The translations under genes and the position numbers were made by a program. A stretch of 63,113 nucleotides of DNA, counting the filler, from Reclinomonas americana ATCC 50394 (taxonomy: Eukaryota): assembly GCA_048213135.1 (NCBI GenBank). It is 7 parts of 5 records of this genome, joined end to end, with 100 filler letters (N's around TTAATTAATTAA, not from the genome) between each part and the next. Parts side by side here need not be neighbours in the genome. Positions count along the whole stretch, not along the records: positions 1 to 12,621 come from PS015654.1; 6 more parts are not named here. The stretch is one strand, 5' to 3'. Of this stretch, positions 1 to 11,666 are shown one piece after another; position 1 is the stretch's first letter, and each line of letters begins with the position of its first letter. A model generated the notes under the pieces. That model saw only the letters and a program-made list of their open reading frames with translations. It searched no databases and had not been told where the DNA came from.

Positions 1-38
<38 letters not shown>

Positions 39-1001
39 CAAGGGGAATGCATGCATGATTGATTGAGTTGTCTGCATTCTTGTGTTGATCTTGCTGTTCT
101 CCTCTTCCATTCTACTTCGCTCCCTCGTCGTTGTTGTTGTTGTTGTTGTTCTTCTGTTCTTGTTCTTCTTCCTCTTCACCTTCTTCTTCTCTTCCTGCTC
201 ATCCTCCCTCCTCGTCCTCCTCCTTCTTCTTCGTTTCATTGTCGTCGTTCTTGTTGTTTCACTGGCCTCCTCTTCCTCTTCTCTTCTCTTTGTTCTGCTT
301 ATTCTTCGTCCCCTCGTTGCTGTTCTTCTTCATCTTCGCTCTGTTCTTCTTCTTCTCTTCTTCCTGTCTGTGTTTCCCTCCTCCTCCGCTTTTGCAAATC
401 GCTATTGTTGTTGTTGTTGTTGTTATTGTTGTCGTCGTCTTTTCTTCCACGTCATCTCATTCTGCTTCTTGTTCTTCTTCTTCTTCTCCTTCCCCGTCGT
501 CTCCATCATCATCATCATCGTCTTCGTCTTCTTCTTCTTGTCGCCCCCTCTCCTCTCGTCTTCTTGTCCACCTTGTTCTTTTGACACTCTCTGCCACTCC
601 TCCTCTCTCTCCTCCTAGTTCTCCCCTCGCACTGTCCATCTCCTCCTCCTCCTCCTTCTTCTTCTCTCTTTCTTCTTCTTCTTCTTTCATTTCTCTGCTT
701 GTCCTTCTCCTCTCCTCTCTTTTGTTTTCCTTGTTCTGCAGACACTCTGACACCTTCCTCCTCTCTCTATCTCTTCTCTTCTTTCTCCCCTCTCCTCTCC
801 TCGTTCTCCTTCTTCTTCTGCCGTTTCTGCTTCTGCTATGATTTCTTTCATTTTCTGCTTGCCTTCCCTCTCATTCTCCTCTTCCTTTTCTTCCTCCTTA
901 TCCTCCTCCTCTCACTCATTTTCCTTCTCCCTCTCTCGCCTTCTCCTGTCCACCTCCCTCTCCCACACCTTGCCCCTCTCACCCTACTTCCCCTTCTACA
1001 G
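1..1001 (+). repeat. Low-complexity CT/CTT/GTT-rich intronic tract
   Basis: Simple repeats ending in the acceptor tacag at 997-1001. The overlapping ORFs are compositional artefacts. Confidence 0.8.
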
Positions 1002-2092
1002 GTCATTGTCCACCTCGCGGCACACACCAACACCAAGACCGCCGAGGAAGACCCCGACCGCTGCATGCTGGCCAACGAGGCTGGCACTCGCAACCTCGTG
1101 CAGTGCCTCGACAGTCACACCAAGTTTCGCGCCTCTCAGTCTCTCCCTCGCCTCTTGTTTCTCCCCTCTCCATGTCCATCTCCTTCTCCTTCTTCTTCTT
1201 CTTCTTGTTCTTCTTCATTGCTTCTCCTCCTCCTCCTCCTCCTCCTCCTCCTTTTTCTTCGGACACTCTCTGCCACCTTCCTCTTCTTTCTCCCTCTCGC
1301 TTTCTCCTGTCCACCTCCTTCACCTCCTTTTCCCTCTCTCACCCCACATCAGGTTCATCCTCTTCTCCACCGACTGGGTGTACCGCGGTGAGGCCTCGCG
1401 CGAGGAGCCGTACTTGGAGACGGATGCCACCGAGGCGGAGACTGTGTACGGGCGCTCAAAAGTGGCCGCTGAGCGAGTGGTGCTAGAGGCGGCGGCGGAG
1501 CGTGGCTTCCCGTACGTGATTCTGCGGAGTGCGCTCATCTTTGGTCCACCGGCGGTGTACAGCGGGCAGACAAGTTTCTTTGAGTGGTTCAACGTGGCGC
1601 TGGCCAACGGCAAGACCGTGCAACTGTTCATCGACGAGATCCGCAGTCCGGTGTATGTGCGCGACATTGCGGGCATTGTGATGGCACTGCTGCACGACGA
1701 AGCGCACTGGAACCAGGTGTACAACATGGGATATCCTTGCTTGCCCGTTGTCTTCGTCGTTTTCTCGTCGTTTACGTTGCGCACTTCCTTGACTGCGTGA
1801 GAGAAATCGCACAGGGCGGGATCTGATCTCGCGTTTTGAATTTGGCCGCCGGCTGGCACTCTCGCGTGGCTACAATTTGGATCTGCTGCTGCCATCCAAG
1901 GCCAGCGATGGTACGTTGCCGCGTGCTGTGCTCTTCCCTCTGGTGGTGGCGAATCATTCACACGCACACTGCGCAGTATTCAAGGACGGCAATCGGCCGT
2001 CCAAGCTGGGCATGAATATCGACAAGCTGCTGGCCATCTATCCCAATCTGCGCACCGTGGACGAGGCTCTCGCCGATATGGACGCCAAGTGA
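1002..2092 (+). CDS. RmlD/MAT2B-like extended SDR (dTDP-4-dehydrorhamnose reductase family), 5'-partial, spliced
   Basis: The spliced product contains VIVHLAAHT...AEEDP, FILFSTDWVY, the YxxxK motif YGRSK, ILRSALIFG, DEIRSPVYV and YNMGGRDLISRFEFG, and stops at 2092. Upstream exons are not visible. Confidence 0.85.
1731..1812 (+). other. U12-type (minor spliceosome) AT-AC intron
   Basis: Donor ATATCCTT at 1731, branch TTCCTTGAC at 1785-1793, acceptor AC at 1811-1812. Removal restores YNMG-GRDLISRFEF. Using the AG at 1813-1814 instead gives an in-frame TGA. Confidence 0.9.
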
Positions 2093-2190
2093 CACTCAGA
2101 TGTATACTGGATAGAACGAGAGAGAGTGAGAGAAAAAACAGCCAGTGGAGAGTGTTAAAGGGGAGATAAAATAGTGGAGGTCTACACGGC

Positions 2191-5100
2191 TCATGCCTCG
2201 TCATCGTCGTCGCCGCTGCACTCGGCCGATCCCGCAGCAGCACTGCCGCTTCCTGCACCGGCAGGCAGATCCAGAAACGTCATTTTGGCAGGCGGCACAC
2301 GCAGCTGCTGAATCACCGACGCCTCATCCTCCTCGTTCGTCACTCGGTACACTGCGAGCGCAGCGAGGGTCAGTGAATGGGGGGAAATGGATGAAAGTGG
2401 ATAAAGCGCGTACGCACCCACGGAAAAGCCCTCGGCCACAGTCGGCGCCACAAACTGACGGACGAAGCGCTGCATCGTCTGGACCGACTCCTCGGTGGGC
2501 GGCAGGGTCGGATGGTTCTCTCGCGTCCTTACACGCTCCTCGCACACCGCCTGCGCACACGCGCACACACACATTTCGTCAGCTGGCACAGACTGCAAAG
2601 AGAGGAGTGTGATCAGTTACTCACCACTGGCGTGTCGAGGTGCACTGCAACAACATCGTCGGCCTTGTAATCGCGGGCCAGAGTCACCCACGTCGCTCGC
2701 TGCGCCACATCAAAGTTGACACGATCGACCACAACCGAGCGGTCCTTGGCCAGCGCCTGCTTCATGTTTGCCTGCGCAGAAGAGATGAGCGCAAACATGC
2801 AATAAACAGAGCACGCACACACATGATGCGCCTCACCTCGACTGCCCCACGCGAGCCCATGTCGTCCTGGTTCACACTGCGCGGGAGAGACATAGTCAGT
2901 CACTGCACAACCTCGACCAATCATCTTCACAACCCGCTCACCGCACGAGGTTCGGAATCTTGTTGACCAGCAGACGACTAAAGTACGACTTGCCGGAGCC
3001 AGGCAGACCGCAGACCACAATGACGCGCAGCGGGTGCGCGTGCGGGCGTGTCGGCACCTGCACCTTGACGTTGCGGTCGAGCTACAAGCAACGACAGTGA
3101 GCGACAAAGGGCAAAGGTAGGGCAACTTCACACACACAAACACNNNNNNNNNNNNNNNNNNNNAAACACACAAACACACCTTCCACTTGCCGCGCAGATC
3201 CGCATGCTGCTCCATGAGGTAGGAGAGAATGGGGCGGCGGAACTTGTTCCACTCCTTCGTGCCCATGTCGAGCTCCTCGCGAATAGTGTTCTCGTCCATG
3301 TCGCGCTCGCGCTCAATCACCTTGCGGTAGGCCTCGCGCACCAGACCCTTCTTGAGGTCGTCGAACTGCTCCCAGTGAACCTCCTCCACATCCGGCGGCT
3401 TGATCTTGTACATCGAGCGGTTCAGCAGGAAGCCCTCGGTGTCCAGCAGGTACAGCACGCGGCCCTCCGTCNNNNNNNNNNNNNNNNNNNNNNNNNNNNN
3501 NNNNNNNNNNNNNNNNNNNNNNNNNNNNNNNNNNNNNNNNNNNNNNNNNNNNNNNNNNNNNNNNNNNNNNNNNNNNNNNNNNNNNNNNNNNNNNNNNNNN
3601 NNNNNNNNNNNNNNNNNNNNNNNNNNNNNNTGTGAAGGACAAGGGAAGGGGGATAAGGGAGAGGGGGAGTGCAAGGCGACATATGATGTGAGAGACGGAC
3701 GAAAGAGAAAGAAAAGAGCAACATGCCTCAAACGACAAACGTAGACGGAAGAAAAAGAGACAGTGATAATTGCACACAGAATGGACATCAATCCCCCATG
3801 CCTTCACAAGACATGTTCGCAAGCGACACTTCTCTCTCTATCTCTCTCTCTCTCTCTCTCTCCCCAAAACGCACCGCAAAATGATCGTACTCGTAGCGCA
3901 GCTTTAGACCACGCTCCTCTNNNNNNNNNNNNNNNNNNNNNNNNNNNNNNNNNNNNNNNNNNNNNNNNNNNNNNNNNNNNNNNNNNNNNNNNNNNNNNNN
4001 NNNNNNNNNNNNNNNNNNNNNNNNNNNNNNNNNNNNNNNNNNNNNNNNNNNNNNNNNNNNNNNNNNNNNNNNNNNNNNNNNNNNNNNNNNNNNNNNNNNN
4101 NNNNNNNNNNNNNNNNNNNNNNNNNNNNNNNNNNNNNNNNNNNNNNNNNNNNNNNNNNNNNNNNNNNNNNNNNNNNNNNNNNNNNNNNNNNNNNNNNNNN
4201 NNNNNNNNNNNNNNNNNNNNNNNNNNNNNNNNNNNNNNNNNNNNNNNNNNNNNNNNNNNNNNNNNNNNNNNNNNNNNNNNNNNNNNNNNNNNNNNNNNNN
4301 NNNNNNNNNNNNNNNNNNNNNNNNNNNNNNNNNNNNNNNNNNNNNNNNNNNNNNNNNNNNNNNNNNNNNNNNNNNNNNNNNNNNNNNNNNNNNNNNNNNN
4401 NNNNNNNNNNNNNNNNNNNNNNNNNNNNNNNNNNNNNNNNNNNNNNNNNNNNNNNNNNNNNNNNNNNCGGAACGCCTGGTTCTCCTCAAAATTGTCGCGC
4501 TGCAGTCGCGCCAGCAGCGCATGCAGCTCTCCTGACGGCGGCACCGGGGCCGGGCCACTGCAGAGTGCGGTGAGTTGCAAGAGAAGATAACAACAGACAT
4601 AGTGTAGCCACACGAAACATCTCGTTCGGGTCGGTGGAGGTGATCACGGGCTGGATGCGACCACGATCGTCGCTGATGAACAGCGGCTTCATGGCCAAGT
4701 CAAAATCGTACGACACCAGGTGCGGCTCGCGTCGGCCGCACAACTCAAACGCCACGGCCTGCCATTGTGGCGAGTCGAAGTGCACCGCGCGCAGGTCGGC
4801 CGGCAGGTGCGGCGAATCCGCGTAGAACCACGACTCGTGCTCGGCGCTCACGATGGCCTTGTCGTGCGTTTGGCCGGCTGTCGGAGGCGGGAAATGAGAA
4901 GATGATCAGTGGCCAACGCAAGAGCGAGAAAGAAATGGTGCGACTCAACGATGCTCGGGCGCCGCGCCGAGTGCCGTCAACACCAGGTCGAAAAACGCGC
5001 CAAACTCTCCATTGGTGATGAATGGCGAGCCCTTGCTCTTGGCGCTGATGCGCCAGCGGCCTGCGCCGTCCGGGTACTTGAACATGAGCAGGTTCATGCC

Positions 5101-6479
5101 GTTCCACTTGGTGGTGATGAACATTTGCGAGGCGGCGTGGGGGATATTCATGAACTGGCGCGAGTCGAAGTTGGCGTAGGGGTACTTGAGCTGTGGGTGG
5201 GGGAAGGGACAGCAGGGGTTAGCGAGGGTACAAGACGGGCGATGCTCAATGACAACGAGAGGAAAGCACTAATAGCCATGCTCTCGGAGACAAGCATGAT
5301 AGGCGCTTCTCGATTACCGTGTGAGTACAAACACGATAAACGGTGCGCGGGCGGTGACAAGACAGACGAGGTCAACAAAAAGAGACAGGAAAGGACCAGA
5401 GCAATCTTCTAGTTAAACAAGCAAGATGGACGGCACTCTCTCTCGCCGCTCACCTTGTGAGCGCCAAACATGACACACACGAGCAGGGACGGTGGCAAGA
5501 CAGGCGATCACAGGAACAAGCCCACCTCTCTCTCTCGCCCCCCTTCCTCTCCCTTCCCCTGCCTCATCTTGTACACACCTTGGGCGTTCCAAACAAGACA
5601 TACGGCGCCGGCAACACGCGATCGCCCACCTCGTAAATCACCATTGAGCCGCCATATGCACCCTCCTACACTCCACACATACATGCACGCGCGTCCCCCA
5701 ATGAGAATGAGACACTCATACTCGACGACTAGAAGAAAGGCAAAGAAGAAGAGTAACAGACCCGCTTGCACATGTACCCGACGACCTGCTCGCCGGGGTG
5801 AAACGGATCGACCTTGGAGAACTTCAGCAGCTGCTTGTCGTTGCAATCAAACAGCTTGCGAACACTGTCAACCAAAAAGAAAATGAATCAATCAATGCAC
5901 ACCACAATGTGAGAGAGAGAGAGAGAGGAGAATGCGAGAAGAAGAGGAGGAGGAGAAGAAGAAGGAGGAGGAGAAGGAGAAGGAGAAGAAGAAGAATGCG
6001 AGAAGAATGCGAGTAGAATGCAGGAGAATGGGAGGAGAATGAGAGCAGAGCGGCATGCATTGTGATATGAATTCATGATGCACTCTCCCTTTCTCTCTCT
6101 CACACACACACTCACACACTTCTCCCCCTCTTCACTCCCACTGTGTGTGTGAGAGTGTGAGTGTGTGTGAGTCCCTCCCTCCTCTCTCTCTCTCACACAT
6201 ACTCACTCACTCACACACTCACACACATCTTTCCCTCTTCACTGTCACTCTGTGTATGCGTGTGTGAGTGTGAGTGTGAGTCCCTCCCTCTCTACTCCTC
6301 CCTCTCCCTCGCCCTCTCCCTCTCTCTCTCTCCCTCCAACTCCCTCACCTCTGCTTGGCCTCTGCGGAGTTGAACGGGTGCGCAGGCACCAGCAACGCAG
6401 GCAACCCCGAGGAGGCCTCTCCTCCCGTTGCAGGCGAGTCGGGTCCAATCAGAGGCAACGCATCGGCGGCCGCAGACAT
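2191..6479 (-). CDS. ATP-dependent RNA ligase-like nucleotidyltransferase fused to a C-terminal P-loop polynucleotide kinase (AAA_33/Trl1-kinase-like), multi-exon, gapped
   Basis: ATG at 6479 (MSAAADALP). Ligase-like motifs: TTKWNG (K codon 5107-5109), FELCG, TEGRVL, MYKIK. Kinase motifs: VCGLPGSGKS, VNQDDMG, VVVDRVNFDVAQRATW, CEERVRTRENHPTL. Stop at 2191. Confidence 0.75.
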
Positions 6480-7218
6480 CTTCGTAACACGCGATCGATG
6501 ATGAGGTCTCCGTCGATGATGATGCTGTTGTGTAAATGTGCGTTGTGTGAGGTGCGAGGTGGATGGGAGGAGCGAACGAGCGCTCCGGAGGAAGGTGGTG
6601 AGAAGTGAGAGCATGCCCGCCGATCGACGGCCCACAGACAGGTTTCACGATGTAAAGTTGTCGGTTTCCGGCGACAGGGTGTTTTTACATAAGACCGCGA
6701 GTCGCATGTGCTCCAGAAATGGGCTTCTGTGGAGGGGTTGATGGACCACTGGTTAGAGCGAGCAAGTGCGATATCCGGATCAGGATCCAGAAATGGCCAT
6801 GCGTAGTCAAGTGACGATCAACTCACCAACAAACAAGCAACAGCTGTCTTGATGACCAAGTTCAACCGTATCCAAAACATCAACACAGACACCAATCTTG
6901 ATGCAGCAGCAGGTTCCTTGTGTGTGTGTGTTCGCTCTCGGAGCTCCGAACATGTCGAGAACTGCGATCTTCACCACATAAGCCTGGTTGACCAGTGGAT
7001 TTGACGCACTTGCATAGACGCATAGCGTTTTCTGCGATCGTACACGGCACATCGAATTCCGGAAAATGCATGGTCCATTGCGTGCTGGGGCTCGAGGCAA
7101 CAAACTTGCCTTGCTTACAATCAGAAGACCAAAGGCAGATCAGAGCACAGGCAAATGGGAAAACACACCGGAGAGGTATTAACGATCAACAATGAGATAC
7201 ATAGAACGAGTGAGATTG

Positions 7219-8280
7219 TCAAAAGGAAGCCTCCAAGAAGAGGAGCCGATAGTGAATGCTCTCTGCATCCTCCACCAAGAAGCAGCGCAGGACAATCTCC
7301 ACAAGGCAGCGGTCGATCGCACCCTGCAGTTCCTGCACTGCACGCATGGCCGAGCGAGCACATTCGAGCTCCTGGCGAGCGTCGCCGCACGGCGTGGACC
7401 ACACCCGCACCGTCCTATCATGGCTGCCACTCGCAATAAACTCACCATGGGGAGCGACGGCGACAGACCGCAGCCACGCAGAGTGACCTTCCAACAGCCG
7501 CACCTGCTGGCCACTTGACAGCGACCACACGCGCACCGTCATGTCCGCACCGCCGCTGATCACATGCCGTCCACTGGGAGAGACGGCAATACCGTTCACC
7601 GTTCTCGTATGTCCCTCCAGTCGCCTCACCTCCTCTCCACTCGCAAGCGACCAAACTCGCACGGTCTTGTCGTAGCTGCCGCTGACGACGAACTCGCCAT
7701 TGGGTGTAACAGCGACGGAAGACACCGTTTCTGCATGTCCCTCCAGCTGTCGCACTTCCTCGCCACTCGCCAGCGACCACACGCGCACCGTGTTATCACG
7801 ACTTCCGCTCACAACATGTTGGCCGTCGGGAGTGACAGCGACGCTCTCAACACCGCGCGTGTGTCCCTGCAGCAGTCGCACCTGCTCACCACTCGCCAGC
7901 AACCACACGCGCACCGTGCTGTCGCCAGCTCCGCTCACAACGTGCTCTCCGTCGGGAGTGAGGACGACTGACTGCACCGAGTACTCGTGTCCAAGAAGAC
8001 GTCGCACCTCCCGTCCGCTCGCCAGTGACCACACTCGAATCGTTCTGTCATAACTCCCGCTCACCACGTGCTGACCATCGCGAGTGACAGCGATAGACCA
8101 CACGCCTCCTGTGTGGCCCTCCAGTCGTTGCACTTCCTGTCCACTTGCCACACACCACACACGGATGGTATGATTCTCGCTGCCGCTCAGAATGTGCTGA
8201 CCACTGGGAGAGATAGTGACAGTCAGCACGAATGAGGTATGTCCGTGCAGGCACTTGTTGAAAAGAGGGGTGGAGGCCAT
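7219..8280 (-). CDS. Intronless WD40-repeat protein (7 highly similar 42-aa repeats plus short helical tail)
   Basis: ATG at 8280. Repeats of the form LEGH...V.S(V/I)AVTPDGQHVVSGS.D.TVRVWSLASG.EV in a single open frame. Confidence 0.9.
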   Translation of the reverse strand: MASTPLFNKCLHGHTSFVLTVTISPSGQHILSGSENHTIRVWCVASGQEVQRLEGHTGGVWSIAVTRDGQHVVSGSYDRTIRVWSLASGREVRRLLGHEYSVQSVVLTPDGEHVVSGAGDSTVRVWLLASGEQVRLLQGHTRGVESVAVTPDGQHVVSGSRDNTVRVWSLASGEEVRQLEGHAETVSSVAVTPNGEFVVSGSYDKTVRVWSLASGEEVRRLEGHTRTVNGIAVSPSGRHVISGGADMTVRVWSLSSGQQVRLLEGHSAWLRSVAVAPHGEFIASGSHDRTVRVWSTPCGDARQELECARSAMRAVQELQGAIDRCLVEIVLRCFLVEDAESIHYRLLFLEASF

Positions 8281-8693
8281 GCGCGTGAGGACGGAGACGG
8301 ATGATGACGCAGGTCGCGGGACTGCGAAGTCAACATAACATGCAGCCTCGCTGCGCCTTTCGCGATCGAGACCTGCTTGCTGCTGAATGCAAACGAAACA
8401 GCGGGAATGCACGCGGACTTGTTTTGCTTTCGATATCCCTTCTGGCCTTCGAATTCTCGAGCTGATGCTCAACTTGTTCGAAGTCGCAGCAGTGGATCCT
8501 ACATCGACGCGCGCGAGAGGGGCCACTTGCGCAGAAAATCCAAGCCGCTGTCGCCAAGTCACGTGCTGATTGGTCTTGGCTCATGGTTCCTTCCCGTTTT
8601 TGGCAATAACAGTGCCACATTTCATTCCTCTTCTCCTCTCCCCTCCGTAAACCTCCCCCCCTCTCCCCTTCCACCCTTCCACCCTCTACCCCA

Positions 8694-10978
8694 TCACTGC
8701 GTGTGCAACGCATTAAACCTCTTATCGCACTCCTTCCTATCGTTGCCAATCTTCCACAGCTGCGGATACAGGAGGCGGATGTGCTTGACCTTCTCGTCGT
8801 GCGTTGGGAAAAAATTAAAGTGGATGAGGCGCAAGCGCGGCGACTGCAGGTCGCTGGTGTGCCGCATAAAGTCACGCTGATGCCGGAACGCCAAATGGCC
8901 GCTCGGGAACTCCAGCGGATGCAGGGCACACACGCGCAGTGAGCCGTTACGCTCGGACAGCGTATTGGCAACGTGCTCGGTGCGCGCCAGCGCTCGGCGT
9001 GCGAATTCGTCCGAGTCGCCCATCGGCCGCAGCGTCGCCATGCCGCGGTAGTCACCGGCGCCCAGAATGGCTGCGCGGGGGGTGAGTGGGCGAAGCGCAA
9101 AGAGAGAGAGAGAGAAAGGGGAGAGCGACGAAACTCTGCAGCAGAACTTGATCGTTGGAGTCTGCAAACTTGGCGCTGACCTCCAACCAACTGCATGCAG
9201 AGGCAGGTGAGGAAACGCACACACTCGCTCACTTGGCAAAGTACATACGCAACGTGTCAAACATGCGAATCGTGCGCGCATTCGACGCAATGTACGTCAC
9301 TCCACAGCAAAACATCTCCGGCGGGCGCGATATGGGGAACTCAAAGAACTGCACGTCGCGCGTGGTGAGCATGAGAGCCACAAACAAAAGAGACCGATAC
9401 AGCTCTGTGTGTGCACGCAACCTCCTCGCTGTGCGTGTGGAACTCGTCGTCGACGCTATACGACACCTGTATTGAGGAGGAGTGAGCAAATGCGACACCC
9501 AGCGGACACTCGCCACATGCACAACACGCAACATCGCACATCTCCATGTCTGGAAACTCGTCGAACGCACGCATCGGCACCGTGTCGGCATCCACATGGA
9601 ACACCGAGAAACCGCGTCGCAACTGCACAGGGGAGGCAATACGGGGTAAGTTGCAATGGAACACACTATACGAAAAAATGCGAATCTTCCCCGTGAACCC
9701 CCAACCTCAGTGCACAGCTATCAACCAACTATGTGCACAGCACACACACACACACACATACATACACACACGCACACATGCACATGTACAGAGCAAAACA
9801 CACTTGCCAATAAAACCTCTCACACACGAAAACAGAGAGTGTCTGTCCAACTCTTCACTCATGCACTTTCTCTCGCTCTCTCTCGCTCCCCAGTCTCACC
9901 CCTCACTCTGTGAGTGAATGTGTGTGAGTGTGTATGTATGTGTGCAAGTGTGCGACAGTCTGCGTCTCTCTCTTTGTCAGTTTCCCGTTGCACAATACTC
10001 TTCTGCACATCGCTCTTGTGCCCCCGCCCTCTCAGCAGCTCTATCTTCTCCATTCCCCTTCTCTCTATCGCTCACACACACACACACACTCTCTCTCACT
10101 CTCTCACACGCACACAAACTCCTGTGACTGTTTCACTCACATTCCCGGACACAGATTGCTCTGCATCTCGCTCTTCTGCACCTCGCGCGCTCTCTCTCTG
10201 CACCCCCCTCTCTCTCTTCCCACTCCTCGCCGCACCTCGTTCTTCCCTCCACTCACTCTGCCTCTCAAACTCCTCTCACGCTGACTGCTTCCCGGACACT
10301 ATGCCACTCAGCATCTCCTCTCTCCCTTCTCCCTCCCGCACACGCACGCACCATATGATGAATGAGAATATTACGACTCTTCACCGTCGACAAGTACAAC
10401 TTGGTGTTGAAGTTCTTTGGCACCGCATCCACCGTATTCCACTCGCCCTTCTCATCCCCCTCATCATCGCCCTGCGGCAGAAACACCGCCACCCGTCCCG
10501 GCCTCGCCACCAGCCTACTCAACCGCTCATACAGCTCCCGCGTAAACGCAATGACGACCACGCCCGCGAATCCACGTTGCGGCTCGAAACCCAAATAGTG
10601 ACACCACCAGTTCTCCAGCCAGTCGGAGAAGCCGCCCGAGGCCTCGGTCTGCACCAAGGCCGCGCCGGCGGGGAACTGCGCGAGCACGCGATCAAAGCGC
10701 ACTGAGACCTCTTCGGGGAGCACGGCCTCGGGGACCTCGCCGTCGACGAGCGATTGGGTGGGCGGCAGTGGCGTGGTGAACGTCTGCAGCGTGTCCGGCT
10801 GCTGCGCGGGTGGTGATGAGCTGCGGCGAAGGCGTGTCCATAGTGGGGCGCCTTCGACGGTCAGCGATTGGCTGGAGAGGGTGTAGTAGAGCGCGAGGGT
10901 GATGAGTAATGAGAGCGTGGTGAGGGCGAGGAAGAGCGGGCGTGTGAGCAGACGCGTGCCGCCGTTGCCCGCACGCAT
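8694..10978 (-). CDS. Type II membrane nucleotide-diphospho-sugar transferase (GT77/Nucleotid_trans-like)
   Basis: N-terminal anchor PLFLALTTLSLLITLALYY. Spliced LRRGFSVFHVDAD (DxD), CDVSYSVD, CCGVTYIASNARTI, LHPLEFPSG and IHFNF...EK. Confidence 0.75.
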
Positions 10979-11279
10979 TCGCACTCGTCGCTGTTGCTCT
11001 CTCGTGGCGACTGTGTGCGTTGACGACGGAGTGTGTGTGTTGTGTGTGAGTCACGCGATTTTCGCAGCACGTGTTTTTTTGGTCACGATCGCACGTGACA
11101 GTCGCGCTTTTCAATGCAATCGCGACGGTGAGTTGCCTGGTCGCTGTCTTCTTACACATAAAGAGAAGAACTTGAGTTGGTATATGTGCGCTTTGAAGTC
11201 GATGAGCATCTGTTGCCAAATGGGTCGACATCGACTCGACGGCTCACACTCTCTCTCACACACACTCTCTCTCTCGCAC

Positions 11280-11310
<31 letters not shown>

Positions 11311-11666
11311 CTCTCTCTCTCTAAAACACACACACACAAATCAACTGTCTCATTTGCATGCATTCGATGATAAATTGCCGCCAGGGTCGACATCGACTCT
11401 GCACTCTCTCTCGCTCACACACACTCTCGCACACACTCACTCTCACTCTCTCTCTCTCACACACACACTCTCACACACCATATCACTTTTGCATGCAGCG
11501 ATGACAAATCACCAGCAGCAGGGTCGATATCGACTCGCCGGTGTGTCTTCTTTTCCACGCGCTGTCTCTGTCTCACACACGATCTCATGTCGATGTCACA
11601 AGCAGCAATGTCGATGATGACGAAGACGATGATGATGATGAGGAATTTCTGTTGTCGCCAACTGCA

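Noticed and set aside
63..1391. Long poly-S/L/F/E ORFs here and at 15400-17300, 18650-19300 and 57700-61700
   Set aside because: Simple repeats lack stop codons; these are intronic or the wrong frame or strand.
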